A DNA stretch of 64,000 nt, taken from Verrucomicrobiia bacterium. GTDB taxonomy: Bacteria > Verrucomicrobiota > Verrucomicrobiia > Limisphaerales > UBA11358. This document shows positions 34,246 through 44,631 of this stretch, one piece after another. The DNA lies in assembly GCA_036490295.1 (NCBI GenBank), contig DASXED010000160.1, positions 1,343 through 65,342 of the forward strand, read 5' to 3'. The notes below the pieces were generated by a model, which saw nothing but the letters and a program-made list of their open reading frames with translations, ran no database searches and had not been told where the DNA came from. The position numbers were made by a program, and so were the translations under genes. The stretch's first letter is position 1, and each line of letters starts with the position of its first letter.

Positions 34246-36396
34246 TCAAAGTTCCAGACAAGTCGCCGAGTGTGCGGCGAGCCAGCCGGGAGCGGACGGC
34301 ACTTGCGGAATTATTTTGCGCGCCTTGACGCCGCTGATGTCCACCGGACTGGAGCGATGGTTGACGATGATAAATTTGTTTCCGAAGCGTGCGAACTCGA
34401 CGCCTTTGATGGGCGCAATTGGCGCTTGTGGCGATGCGCCGACCAGCGCGGCAATCGGAGTTTCCTTGAGCAACACGACCGGGTGCATCTCGCGTTTGCC
34501 ATATTGCGACGGAACAATCGGCATCGTGCGGCGTGAATAGGAATGGCCATATTGAAAACCGAACGAGAAAACTTTGCCCTTGCCGATTTCGGTTTGAGCA
34601 ACGGCGTTTTTTCCGGATTGAATATATTTGCCAAGCGCCTTGCCGCTGCGAAACGCGACGGTTGACCAGCCGTGCGGAATGACTTCTTCCTGCCACTTGA
34701 TGCAATCGAACGCGATGGTTTCTTCTTCAATTCCGAGCGCGCGTTTCGCGAGTTCGCAGTGCGGCCCGTGGAAGATTGTGCCGCCGTCAGCGACAAATTT
34801 TTTCACCGCTGATTCAAGCGTGGCATTGTCGTAGTGGAACAGGCATCCTGCCTGTTCGGGCAGGCTGGAAGCCTGTCCCACTAAATCTTCAGCGACGCCA
34901 TAAAGCGAATTGTACGGCACGACGAGATGTTTGTAATCCGCCAGCGCGCCCGCCGCAATTTGCGTTGGATGCAAAATATTCACGTGCCAGCCGAGGTCGG
35001 TGAACTGCGAATACCAGCCGAGTAAATCCATGCGATGCCGTCCGTCGGTGTCCACTTCCAGCGGTTCGTAAAGACTCATCTCGGCGGGAAACAGCAGCGC
35101 GACTTCTTTCGCGCGCGGCTGGTCGAGCAATGGAATTACTTCCGCCGCCCAGCGGTTTCCCTCGCGCAATGAATCCTTGAACATATCGTCCATGCGGAAC
35201 AACACGCCCCCGTCGTCGAGTCCGCTGTAGCCATAAGTGTGCAACGCCGACGCGCCGTTCGCGACCAGCGTGCCGATGGCCTCGGCGGGCGGCACGACGC
35301 GGTAAATGTCGCCGTTCACATGGCGGCCAAGATAAAGACCGCCGGTAAATTTTCTCCCAATGTTCGCACAACGCATGATGGAAGCCTCGACGCTCAACGC
35401 CATCGCGTCCGCGCGGTTTTCGGCATTGAGCGGCGACGCGATGAACAGCGCGCCGTCCACGTGCGGCGCGCAGCGATAAGCATCCAACGCGCGCTGGCCG
35501 GTCTGCCACATCGTCTGGCCGGGCGGGTTGAAAAAATATCCCCACTGATGCAGCACCGGCTCGATGAAAAGATTCGGCTCAAGTTCGCGCCAATGTTTCT
35601 TCATCGTGGCGAGATAATCGTCCAGCACTTCGGCGAGATAAGTCTGGTTGTCGATCCAGCGATTGAAATCCGGCGTGCGTTTAGCAAAATCATCCGCCGT
35701 CGGGCGCGAGCAATCCACCCAGTTCAATTCGTCGGGACGCAGCCAGTATTCATTTGGTTTGAGTTCGGAAAAGGATTTTGCCGCGAGACCATAGCGCGAA
35801 TTCAATTTTTGAATTTCACCGCCGTATTTTTTTTCCAGCCACGCGAAATAGTGTTGTTTGCCTTCCGCATCGAAACTCGGTTTCGGGATCGGCTCGAACA
35901 TCGTCTGCATGATGATTTTTCCAGCCTCGTTTCGACGCATTCCCTTGCCATAAAGTTTCAGCAAACCGCGAACGTGCTCGACCATCGTTTCTTGCGCACG
36001 AGGCGACCAATATTTATAAGTGCCCATCGGCTGGCCGTTCGGCAGCGTCGGCTCTTCGCCGCGCACCGGCGGCACGTCGCGGATGGTCGGATACAGATTG
36101 TCGCCGCAGAGATAAAGCGCGAGCATCGTGTAATCCAAATTGTGCTTCGCCATTTCCGCCATCATGAATTCCTGCATCCCGACATACTGGCTCGCCGGCT
36201 CGCCGCGATAGCGCGCGAAAAAATCCTCCCACGGTTTTGAATCGAGGTTGATGGTGTTGAAACCGAGTGCCGCAACTTCGGCGATGCCACGCCGCACGGC
36301 CTCGCGGTCGCTGTAGAACGGTTCAAAAAAATTGCCGAACCAAATGCTGATCATCGGGGTGTTGGTGTTTGATTTATCAGATAAAGAAGGATTCAT
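34246..36396 (-). CDS. Cytoplasmic TIM-barrel glycoside-hydrolase-like protein (GH42-like architecture; family not assignable by eye)
   Basis: No signal peptide. The N-terminal barrel start is AVRRGIAEVAALGFNTINLDSKPWEDFF. The C-terminal part resembles a GH42 trimerisation/class-I glutamine-amidotransferase-like domain (YKHLVVPYNSLYG ... GGTIFHG). Confidence 0.55.
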   Translation of the reverse strand: MNPSLSDKSNTNTPMISIWFGNFFEPFYSDREAVRRGIAEVAALGFNTINLDSKPWEDFFARYRGEPASQYVGMQEFMMAEMAKHNLDYTMLALYLCGDNLYPTIRDVPPVRGEEPTLPNGQPMGTYKYWSPRAQETMVEHVRGLLKLYGKGMRRNEAGKIIMQTMFEPIPKPSFDAEGKQHYFAWLEKKYGGEIQKLNSRYGLAAKSFSELKPNEYWLRPDELNWVDCSRPTADDFAKRTPDFNRWIDNQTYLAEVLDDYLATMKKHWRELEPNLFIEPVLHQWGYFFNPPGQTMWQTGQRALDAYRCAPHVDGALFIASPLNAENRADAMALSVEASIMRCANIGRKFTGGLYLGRHVNGDIYRVVPPAEAIGTLVANGASALHTYGYSGLDDGGVLFRMDDMFKDSLREGNRWAAEVIPLLDQPRAKEVALLFPAEMSLYEPLEVDTDGRHRMDLLGWYSQFTDLGWHVNILHPTQIAAGALADYKHLVVPYNSLYGVAEDLVGQASSLPEQAGCLFHYDNATLESAVKKFVADGGTIFHGPHCELAKRALGIEEETIAFDCIKWQEEVIPHGWSTVAFRSGKALGKYIQSGKNAVAQTEIGKGKVFSFGFQYGHSYSRRTMPIVPSQYGKREMHPVVLLKETPIAALVGASPQAPIAPIKGVEFARFGNKFIIVNHRSSPVDISGVKARKIIPQVPSAPGWLAAHSATCLEL
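34837..34879. repeat. Tandem double-hairpin palindromic element embedded in-frame in the coding sequence
   Basis: GAACAGGCA-tcc-TGCCTGTTC (9-bp perfect stem) is directly followed by GGGCAGGCT-gga-AGCCTGTCC (8/9). On the coding strand it reads GQASSLPEQAGCLF. Confidence 0.6.
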
Positions 36397-36408
36397 TTTG
36401 AAAAAAAT

Positions 36409-37533
36409 TTAGTGCGTTTGGGTTACAATCTTTCGCGTCATTGTCGCCAATTCAGGGCTCGAATAAAAACCGGAAAACTTGTTTGCGTTCGCTTTTCCCA
36501 CGTTCACGTGCGCGATGATGACGCCGTAAACACCCGTCGTTTTGTCAATCCACGGATACGCGCCGGCCCAGCTCGGGCTGCTGATCAAAACGGCGTTCCC
36601 CTGCCCGTCTAGTTCCTCGCGCCATTCGCCGAGGCCGTAAATGCCGGTGTGTTTTGCGCCGCGAACGTGCTCGACAAATTCATCCGTTTTCACAAACGCG
36701 CCGCGCACTTGGTCCGCCTGCATTTCGGAAATGGCTTTTTGAGACAAAATTCTTTTGCCGTTGAATTTTCCGTCATTGAAAATCATCGAAAGAAAATTCG
36801 CGTAATCGTGCAAGGTGCTGCGCGCGCCGCCACCAAGCATCGGCGCGTGACCGCCGCCGTTGTCCACGGGAACAAAATGCGTGTTCGTCATGCCGCACGG
36901 CGCGGCGATGCGTTCTCGAAAAAGCGCTTCCCAATCTTTGCCGCCCGCGACTTCGGCCATGCGACCGGCAACTTGCATCGCCAGTCCGCCGTAATCAAAC
37001 CGTTCGCCCGGCTGAAAATCCAATGGCAACGGAAGAATGTGCGCGACAGATTCCGTCAGCGTTTGATAATTGTCCACCGGATTGCCTTTCGGCTGATAGG
37101 GCGGAAAACCGGACGTGTGCGAAAGCATCTGGCGTAGCGTGGCTTTGTCTTTCGGATCGTTTTTGAATTCCGGCAAAAACTTTGACGAATGATCTTCCAG
37201 CGAAATTTTTCCCGCGTCCACCAAAGTCATGATCGTCGCCGACGCGAGCCATTTGCCCGCCGAGGCGATGAACACCTGTGTTTCCGGCGCGTAACCGCCG
37301 AAACATTTTTCATAAATGACTTGATTGTCCTTCGCCACCAGCACCGCCGCGCCGGGATAATAACCAGCGTCCACCCAGCCTTGAACACGTCCGGTCACGG
37401 CGGAAAAGTCATAATTTTTTTCAGGCTCGGTGTTTTCGGTGTTTTGTTTGGCACTCTGGCACGACAGTCCGGCGAATAATAAAAACAGCAGCGCGAGAAC
37501 GTGAAAGTAATTTGTTTTGAATGCGCGATTCAT
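36409..37533 (-). CDS. Serine hydrolase of the beta-lactamase/esterase (class C-like) family, probable lipoprotein
   Basis: S-x-x-K motif in FIASAGKWLAS. Lipobox-like FAGLSC. General family collinearity (HTSG, YANF). Confidence 0.85.
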   Translation of the reverse strand: MNRAFKTNYFHVLALLFLLFAGLSCQSAKQNTENTEPEKNYDFSAVTGRVQGWVDAGYYPGAAVLVAKDNQVIYEKCFGGYAPETQVFIASAGKWLASATIMTLVDAGKISLEDHSSKFLPEFKNDPKDKATLRQMLSHTSGFPPYQPKGNPVDNYQTLTESVAHILPLPLDFQPGERFDYGGLAMQVAGRMAEVAGGKDWEALFRERIAAPCGMTNTHFVPVDNGGGHAPMLGGGARSTLHDYANFLSMIFNDGKFNGKRILSQKAISEMQADQVRGAFVKTDEFVEHVRGAKHTGIYGLGEWREELDGQGNAVLISSPSWAGAYPWIDKTTGVYGVIIAHVNVGKANANKFSGFYSSPELATMTRKIVTQTH

Positions 37534-37544
37534 TTTATTTCAAA

Positions 37545-38645
37545 TCATTTGTCGGCGAAAAAACTTAAATCCCATTCGTCATGCCACGCGATCACCGGCA
37601 CGCCGTGACGAAATTCAACCGGCAGCCAGACGTGGCGACCGTCAATCGCGTTTTCTGGATTCCACCGGTCGGCCATGAAGATGAACGCATCTGACCTTCC
37701 TTGAACGGGCAGGATAAAAGTGGATTGCGAATTAAATGTATTGGCGATTTGTGCGCCCGTTCCGAGGCATGGATTGCCCAGTTCCTCCCAATCTCCGAAA
37801 ATGGAATCCGCCGCGAGCAGCCGTGCGGGGTTCGGCGACCAGCCGGTGCAATCCGACGTGAACAGAAAATATCGTCCGCGAAATTTCAACATCGCTGGAG
37901 CTTCATTGAAACGTCTCGGCAGGACGCGGATAAATTTTCCGGCGGTCTGCAAAAAATCATCGCTCAATTGCGAGATGTGTAGCGTGCCGTTGGCCTCGGA
38001 AGCGTAGATGTAATATGCAGTCCCGTCGTCATCCAAGAACAGCGTCATGTCGCGAGCCATCTGGCCGCCAGCAAAATCGCGACGGAAAAGCTGTCGCTTT
38101 GGATACCACGGCCTTGGCCCGCCGCCCAATTCCATTTTACCGAGTCGCGCAAGTTCGTCTGCGCTCAAGAGGCATTTGTCGGCATCCGGCACATTCAACG
38201 GCCATACGCCGCCGTTGGGACGAAACGAGCGCAAAAATTGATACGGTCCGGTCACTTTGTCCGCCCCCGCGACGCCACTCAATGAGCCGGAGTAGCCCGC
38301 GCCTTTCGGCTCAAGATGAAACCACATCACGAATTTTTTTGTGCGCGGATTGAAGATGACTTTTGGCCGTTCGAGAATGCAGCCACGCGTAATAGGGCTG
38401 GCCGGATCGTCGCCGACCGACAGCGCGATCCCTTCGTCGCACCAGTTGTAAAGATCGCGCGAGGAATAAACATGAACGCCGACGTGCGTCGCATTGCCCG
38501 CCTCGCCTTCAATCTTGTGTTCGCCGAACCAAAAATAAATTCCGCCGTGAAATAAAATGCCGCCGCCGTGGGCGTTGATGTGGACGCCGTTGTTGTCCGG
38601 CCAGAGTTCGCCGGGGCGGAAAGAATTTTTTATCGTCGAACTCAT
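37545..38645 (-). CDS. GH43 family glycoside hydrolase (no signal peptide)
   Basis: Five-bladed propeller signatures: HINAHGGGILFHGGIYFWFGE, ERPKVIFNPRTKKFVMWFH, DMTLFLDDDGTAYYIYAS, NEAPAMLKFRGRYFLFTS. Confidence 0.8.
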   Translation of the reverse strand: MSSTIKNSFRPGELWPDNNGVHINAHGGGILFHGGIYFWFGEHKIEGEAGNATHVGVHVYSSRDLYNWCDEGIALSVGDDPASPITRGCILERPKVIFNPRTKKFVMWFHLEPKGAGYSGSLSGVAGADKVTGPYQFLRSFRPNGGVWPLNVPDADKCLLSADELARLGKMELGGGPRPWYPKRQLFRRDFAGGQMARDMTLFLDDDGTAYYIYASEANGTLHISQLSDDFLQTAGKFIRVLPRRFNEAPAMLKFRGRYFLFTSDCTGWSPNPARLLAADSIFGDWEELGNPCLGTGAQIANTFNSQSTFILPVQGRSDAFIFMADRWNPENAIDGRHVWLPVEFRHGVPVIAWHDEWDLSFFADK

Positions 38646-38658
38646 GTTGCCAGATTTC

Positions 38659-40005
38659 TTACCTGTTCAGTGACACCGGCTGGATTTCGTCAGCGGATGA
38701 ATCCAGTTGCAAAGCAATGATTGTATCCGTCTCACTGCGGTCAGCGGGTCGCACGGAAATCTCGCTGCCCCGTTCGGTTTGGGTGAAGCTCACTTCTCCG
38801 CCGGTCAACACCGAGGCGTGAATAATTTTTACAGGAATCGCGGGCAAAACGAGTTTTTCCGCCGACCATTTCAGGACATGAACATAAATTGTTTTGCCGC
38901 GATGCGTCGAAGTTCCGTAATCGTCGGGCAAAAACGGGCCGCCGCGCGTGTCATAAATGCTCTCGCCATATTTGCCGAGCCATTCGCCGATTTCGCGCAA
39001 TCGCTGGACCTGCGCCGGATCAATCTGTCCGTCGGGGCGCGGACCGACGTTGAGCAGCAGGTTGCCGTCGCGTCCCGCCACTTTGGCGAGCAATTGGATG
39101 CAGTCCTTGAGCGGCTTCGGGGATTTGTCTGGCTCATATCCCCACGCTCCGGCGAGCGTGGTGCAAAGTTCCCACGGATGTTGATTGTCGAAGCTGCCCA
39201 ATGCCGCGTCGCCTTCGCGTGAATGAAAATCCTCCGGCATGTCGGCGCGGCCATTGATGATGACCTGGGGCTGAAGGCGGCGGAGCATCGCGTAAACCTG
39301 GTCATGCTGCCAACTGAATCCGCCATGATAATGCTGGTTCGCCGGACGTTTCTGCCATTTTGCGCCGTTCCAATCGCCGCTGAAGTCCAGCCAGTCCGTC
39401 TCGCCGCCGTCGAACCACAGAACGTCAATCTGTCCGTAATTGGACAGCAATTCTTGCACCTGACGATGATACTGGTCGCGCATCGCCTCCGCGCTCTGAC
39501 GCTGCAAATCAGGAAAGAAAAATCCGGGAAAACGCCAGTCCAGCGGAGAATAATATAATCCCACGCGCAGTCCGGCTTTGCGGACGGCCTTGACATATTC
39601 CGCAACGAAGTCCCGGTGCGCGGCGGTTTTCACGCTCGTGAAATTATTTGTCGAGTCATCAAACAAACAAAAGCCGTCGTGGTGGCGCGCGGTCAGCACC
39701 ATGTATTTCATGCCGGCGGCCTTGGCGATTTCCGCCCATGTGTCTGGATTAAAATTTGTGGGATTAAATTGGTCGGCAAACTTCGCGTATTCCTCGACGG
39801 GAATTTGCTCATTCCATTGCACCCATTCACCGCGTCCGGGAATGGCGTAAAGGCCGAAGTGAATGAACATTCCGAACCGCGCCTCGCGCCACCACTTCAT
39901 GCGCGCGTCGCCGTCATCAGCCCGGGCCGATGGGAGAAACTGCCAGATTTCCAGCCACGTCATCAAAAAAATAACGCATCGAATTATGAATCTTTGTCTT
40001 TTCAT
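38659..40005 (-). CDS. GH29 alpha-L-fucosidase
   Basis: WWREARFGMFIHFGLYAIPG, MKYMVLTARHHDGFCLFDS, YYSPLDW and a C-terminal beta-sandwich. Start moved to ATG 40005 (signal MKRQRFIIRCVIFLMTWLEIWQFLPSARA), 4 nt after the upstream stop. The track start at 40263 overlaps the upstream gene. Confidence 0.9.
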   Translation of the reverse strand: MKRQRFIIRCVIFLMTWLEIWQFLPSARADDGDARMKWWREARFGMFIHFGLYAIPGRGEWVQWNEQIPVEEYAKFADQFNPTNFNPDTWAEIAKAAGMKYMVLTARHHDGFCLFDDSTNNFTSVKTAAHRDFVAEYVKAVRKAGLRVGLYYSPLDWRFPGFFFPDLQRQSAEAMRDQYHRQVQELLSNYGQIDVLWFDGGETDWLDFSGDWNGAKWQKRPANQHYHGGFSWQHDQVYAMLRRLQPQVIINGRADMPEDFHSREGDAALGSFDNQHPWELCTTLAGAWGYEPDKSPKPLKDCIQLLAKVAGRDGNLLLNVGPRPDGQIDPAQVQRLREIGEWLGKYGESIYDTRGGPFLPDDYGTSTHRGKTIYVHVLKWSAEKLVLPAIPVKIIHASVLTGGEVSFTQTERGSEISVRPADRSETDTIIALQLDSSADEIQPVSLNR

Positions 40006-40009
40006 TGCT

Positions 40010-42853
40010 CTATTTAATTTTATCCGGCAATCCGATCCGCAATTGCTGGTCACGGCCAGCGGGCAAAATACAAACGGCGGCCAATGTATCTTGGCCTGAC
40101 GAATTCTTTTCCACGCGAAATTCTGAAGGTTCGATTTTGGTTCGGTTCGTTCCGTCCTGACGCCAAATGGTCCAATCGGTTTCTGGAGAAGTGCCGGCTG
40201 GCAAAGGAAAAACCAAACCAGCCTTGATGGCCGCAGAAGCGGAATAACGCCAACCTTCGGCATTGCGAATCAGCGCGGCGTCAATCAACGAATCATTTGT
40301 CGCGGAAAGAAATAATTTTGAATCTCCTAAATTTTGACCATGAGCCAAATACAATTCATCCAGTTCACCGTCGTGCCGTATTGCCACGCCGAAACTGCCG
40401 TTGAAATTGAAACCTTCAACTTTGCAGTCAGCGTTCGTTTGATCATTTTGTGCCAGGCAAATGCTAAAAGATTTTTTGCCATTGTCGGTTTCGTGTCCTT
40501 CCACCACACACGCAGCGAGACTGGAATTTTCACCGTCGGTCTTTGCTGCGCGCACCGACTGAATCGCCACGCCTTCGGATGCAAGCGCAGGTTCATAGAC
40601 GGCGATGAAAGATTTTTGCCACGCATCGCCGGATTGCCGGACGACCAGCGTCGGCATCGGGATTTCATCCAGCTTGCCATGCAATTCTTCGCGCGCCGCG
40701 TGGTCGGGCGGCGCGGTCACGGAAAACACGCGGCGTTCCGGCTCGCCGAGCATCCAGAAATTCATCAGATGTTTTGAACCGTCAGCCAACGTGGCCGTGA
40801 AAACGCCGTTGAAATTTCCGGCAAGCTCCGCTGATTTTTCGTCTTTGAAATAGTCGTAGCCTTTTAGATTTCCGTTCGTTGATGTAAGTAAGCCTGTTGC
40901 GGTCAATGACAACGCATTTCCATTTTCATCATTCAACGATAACGACTGACCGATGTTGTGATAAAGATAATCGTGAAAACTGTTCGTCGCATTTTCCGCG
41001 CGCGAACGGAACACGTCGAAATAAAAACCGGCCTGCGGACTGATGCGGACCAGCGCGAGCGTCCGCTGCTGTTCGGCGGCGGGTTCGTCGTAGTGAAATG
41101 ACGCCTGCGCGAAACTGATGTCCGGGCTGATGCCGTTTTCGCCGGGCGCGGGTTCGATCAAGTCCAATTTCATCGCGATCTGGCTGCGCCGGGTGATCGG
41201 ATAATTCGACCGGCCATTGACGATGACAGTGTTATGCGCGGGCGGCTGGGAATAATACTGCGCGTGGTCGGCCTGCCAGTAACTCGTGCCGCGTCCGGGG
41301 TCTGCGCCAAGGGTCAATCCCGCGCCATAAAGTTCGATGGCCAGTCCGTTCGCATGAACGTGGCCACCCGCTGTGCCATACATCGCCGCGCCCAGCGAAT
41401 GTTCGGAATCTTCCCCGAGATTATGCTGCATGAGTACGTTCAATGCGCGGCCAAAATAAGTGCGCTGCCCGTTGTCGGCAGCGGGCGAAACTTTTTTCAA
41501 ATCGCCGGCATATTTCGTCAGGGCAACCAGATTTGCGTTCGCCGAACGATTATAATATCCCAAGGTGATTTCGCGCCGCAAAATCGCCGTTAAAGATTCC
41601 TCCAACGCCGCGTCGCCCCGCTGGCGGGCCGCAGCGAGGAGCAATTCCACGGTTTCGGTGTTCACGCGCGTATTGACGGTATCGCCCAAACCGACTGAAT
41701 AGCCGTTGGGATACGTCAGCGAAGCTTGCGCGAGAATTGCCTTTGGCAAAATCGGGTCGGCCAGCACCGCGCGCCCGGCTTCGTCGCCGCTCACAAGCGA
41801 CGCGATGAGCGCAATATCTTTCGTTGTGCCGAAGGAATAGCCCGGCGCTTCGGGCCAAATTCCAGATTGCAGATCAAAGCCTTCCTTGATGACGTGCGTG
41901 AGGCCTTTTTGCGCGGGCAATTCTGCGTTCAGGATCACGTCAACATAATATGGCCGGCCTCTGCCATCGGAATAATTCGTGTTGTCTTCCAGCGTCAACC
42001 CCGCGTAGGCGATGATGCGCGCCTGGTTCAAATTCCAATTGCCGTCGCGCGAGCCGCCGTCAACAACACGGTCGGCCATGCGCTTGAATTGCGCCTGAAT
42101 CAATTTCACATCGCGGCCATTTTTTTTCAGATCATCATAAAGAAAATCATAACTTTCTGCGAGCGGCGTCACGATGTCTTCGTGAATGACTTCAAACGAA
42201 TCAAAGCCGATGACTTGTGCGCCGCCGCCGTCGGTGATTTTCGGCGGCTGCATCTGCGAAAAACCGTCCATGTAAGTCCAAAGGATTTCGTCGGCATACC
42301 TCGCGTATTTTTCGTCGCCGGTGATCCAATAGACAAATGCCGCATCGGCGGCGGTCTGGAGGATGCTGGTGTTGACAATCTCGAACATCCGTCCGGTGAG
42401 GCCGGGATCGGCCCATTCTTCCGTTTTTGTTTCGCTGTTGAACAGCCAGACTTTGCCGTCGTTGTCGTTGTAAGGTTTGAGGGCTTCGAGTTTTGCCGGC
42501 GCCTGGTATTTCGTCGCCCAATCGCGCGCGCCGCCAAAACGCGGCGTCGGCACGGACGCGCGACCTTCGCCGCCGATGATGCGGCTTTTTTGGACGAGCG
42601 GCGTGGCGTAATGCGTCTGCCAGTTCATGAACAGGCGCGACGACATGAACTGCGGATTTGTCCGGCAAAGCGAAACATAAAAATCCACGCGTGATTTGAG
42701 TTCGGCGTAAGATTGTTTTGCCCACGGAGATTGTTCCAGTTTCGATTTAATCGCATCATGCTCGGCGGACGAGACAAGAATTTGCGGATGCGCCATCGCA
42801 ATTTCGGCGCAAAAAAAGAGCATCGCGATTGCAAAAAATATCTTGGATTTCAT
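40010..42853 (-). CDS. Secreted heparinase II/III-like polysaccharide lyase (947 aa)
   Basis: Signal MKSKIFFAIAMLFFCAEIAMA, an N-terminal (alpha/alpha) toroid region, and the heparinase II/III C-terminal motif GGHVHANGLAIELYGAGLTLGADPGRGTSYW...AHNTVIVNG. Confidence 0.75.
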   Translation of the reverse strand: MKSKIFFAIAMLFFCAEIAMAHPQILVSSAEHDAIKSKLEQSPWAKQSYAELKSRVDFYVSLCRTNPQFMSSRLFMNWQTHYATPLVQKSRIIGGEGRASVPTPRFGGARDWATKYQAPAKLEALKPYNDNDGKVWLFNSETKTEEWADPGLTGRMFEIVNTSILQTAADAAFVYWITGDEKYARYADEILWTYMDGFSQMQPPKITDGGGAQVIGFDSFEVIHEDIVTPLAESYDFLYDDLKKNGRDVKLIQAQFKRMADRVVDGGSRDGNWNLNQARIIAYAGLTLEDNTNYSDGRGRPYYVDVILNAELPAQKGLTHVIKEGFDLQSGIWPEAPGYSFGTTKDIALIASLVSGDEAGRAVLADPILPKAILAQASLTYPNGYSVGLGDTVNTRVNTETVELLLAAARQRGDAALEESLTAILRREITLGYYNRSANANLVALTKYAGDLKKVSPAADNGQRTYFGRALNVLMQHNLGEDSEHSLGAAMYGTAGGHVHANGLAIELYGAGLTLGADPGRGTSYWQADHAQYYSQPPAHNTVIVNGRSNYPITRRSQIAMKLDLIEPAPGENGISPDISFAQASFHYDEPAAEQQRTLALVRISPQAGFYFDVFRSRAENATNSFHDYLYHNIGQSLSLNDENGNALSLTATGLLTSTNGNLKGYDYFKDEKSAELAGNFNGVFTATLADGSKHLMNFWMLGEPERRVFSVTAPPDHAAREELHGKLDEIPMPTLVVRQSGDAWQKSFIAVYEPALASEGVAIQSVRAAKTDGENSSLAACVVEGHETDNGKKSFSICLAQNDQTNADCKVEGFNFNGSFGVAIRHDGELDELYLAHGQNLGDSKLFLSATNDSLIDAALIRNAEGWRYSASAAIKAGLVFPLPAGTSPETDWTIWRQDGTNRTKIEPSEFRVEKNSSGQDTLAAVCILPAGRDQQLRIGLPDKIK

Positions 42854-42879
42854 AAGTTAATTTATGTTTTTTGGCTTTG

Positions 42880-44631
42880 CTAATTTGATTTATTACGCCG
42901 CTTTGAAATTGCAAGCAGCACCGCACCGACGCCGAAAATGATTCCGCCGCAGAATAGAAAACATAAGCGTCCAGTGAATTTATTCGGGATGAGCATGAGC
43001 AGCAAAATGAACACGCCATACACTAGGCACAGTCCTCCGAGCAGCTTGTAAATCGAAGTCTGCACGCCTGCTTCGGCGTGTTTGTCCACGGGCGTGTGCA
43101 GGTTTTTGAAAAATGTTTCGACGGAGCTCTTGTATTCCTTGGAACTCGATTCGTAAAAAAGACCCGTGAAAAAATACCACCCCGAGCCGATGACTACCGT
43201 GCCGAATGTAGTGGTCGCCAGCAGCAAATAAGTTTTTTCATCTCCGTTCAAAGGCTGTTTCCAACCCATAAAATGTTGAAACATTTCCGGCCGGATGAAC
43301 GTGCCCAGCAGAAATGAAACCACGCCGCCGACCAGCACCGTGCTCCAGGCCGACCAACCGGGCGTGCGTTTGTAATACATGCCGAAAATCAACGGCAGCG
43401 CCACGGGCATGAGGATGTTGGAGGCGAACTGGTTCAACAAATCAAACAAGCCGACCGTCCGATATTTATTCACGAGCAGCGCGATAACAACAATGATCAA
43501 GCCGAACGCGAGCGTGCATAATTTGCCGCCAGCGAGCAGGTGGCTTTCTGAAGCATTGGGCTTGAACAACGGCTTGTAGAGGCTGCGAATGAAAATACCG
43601 ACGCCTTTATTCAAAGCCGCGTCCATGCTTGTCACGCTCGCCCCCAGCATGGCGCACAGCAGCAGACCCATCAGCCCTTGCGGCATCACGCTCAACGAAA
43701 CCGCCACGAACGCCGCCTCATGCGGCTGTTTGAGCAGCGGATATTCCGCGGCAAGATTCGGATGCATAAACGTCGCCGCCATTGAAGGGATGAACCATAT
43801 GAATGGCCCGATGAACGAACCGATGAGCGGAATCAACACCATCCGGCGTGCGTCCTTGTCGCTCCGCGCCATCAAATACATGGTTGAATTTTCCATGTTG
43901 TTCGTGTCGGAAAATTTAAACCAGATCATCACCATCACCCACATGGCGATGAGCGGCGCGCGCGCCAGCTCCGTCCAATGAAATTGCGAACTCGGAACTT
44001 TCGCGATTAGTCCGTTCAGTCCGCCAACTTCTGGTCGCATCAATACCAGCACTGCCGTCGCGATCGTGATTGTCATCACGAGAAACATCTGCACGAAATC
44101 GCTCGCCAGCACCGCCCATGCGCCGCCGCCAAAGGCCACGAGTGTCACCACGATTCCCAAAACAATCAGCACGACGTTCATGTCCATGTGAAACACCGAC
44201 GCCATGAAAACACCAATCGCGTTAAGTCCCGCGCCCGCGAAAAACAATCGCACAGGTAGCATGACCCAAGTGTAAAATTGTTCCGAGGCCGGACCATAAC
44301 GCAGCCGCACCGCTTCCATCCATGAAATCACGCGCATCCGGCGGAAACGCACGCACGTAGAAATCATCAGGATCGCCACCGCGATGACCGTTGCCCAATA
44401 CACCACCAACACCAGTGTGCCCGTCTCATAAATTTTTCCCGCCGCGCCCGTGAACGTCCATGCGCTGAACGTCGCAATCCACGCCGACGTGCCGGTGATC
44501 CACCACGGCATCGCGCCGCCCGCGCGAAAATAATCCGACGTATTCTTGCTCATCCGCCGGAACACCAAGCCGATGGCTATCAGAAACACGAGGTAAAATC
44601 CGAGGACGAAATAATCGTAGTGAGTTATCAT
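42880..44631 (-). CDS. Sodium:solute symporter (SSS) family transporter
   Basis: Roughly 13-14 TM segments, with an N-terminus typical of SSF (YFVLGFYLVFLIAIGLVFRRMSKNTSDYFRAGGAMPWW). Confidence 0.85.
   Translation of the reverse strand: MITHYDYFVLGFYLVFLIAIGLVFRRMSKNTSDYFRAGGAMPWWITGTSAWIATFSAWTFTGAAGKIYETGTLVLVVYWATVIAVAILMISTCVRFRRMRVISWMEAVRLRYGPASEQFYTWVMLPVRLFFAGAGLNAIGVFMASVFHMDMNVVLIVLGIVVTLVAFGGGAWAVLASDFVQMFLVMTITIATAVLVLMRPEVGGLNGLIAKVPSSQFHWTELARAPLIAMWVMVMIWFKFSDTNNMENSTMYLMARSDKDARRMVLIPLIGSFIGPFIWFIPSMAATFMHPNLAAEYPLLKQPHEAAFVAVSLSVMPQGLMGLLLCAMLGASVTSMDAALNKGVGIFIRSLYKPLFKPNASESHLLAGGKLCTLAFGLIIVVIALLVNKYRTVGLFDLLNQFASNILMPVALPLIFGMYYKRTPGWSAWSTVLVGGVVSFLLGTFIRPEMFQHFMGWKQPLNGDEKTYLLLATTTFGTVVIGSGWYFFTGLFYESSSKEYKSSVETFFKNLHTPVDKHAEAGVQTSIYKLLGGLCLVYGVFILLLMLIPNKFTGRLCFLFCGGIIFGVGAVLLAISKRRNKSN

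Noticed and set aside
40006-40263. N-terminal 86-codon extension of the GH29 ORF
   Set aside because: It overlaps the 3' end of the upstream lyase gene. ATG 40005 gives a signal peptide and a 4-nt gap.
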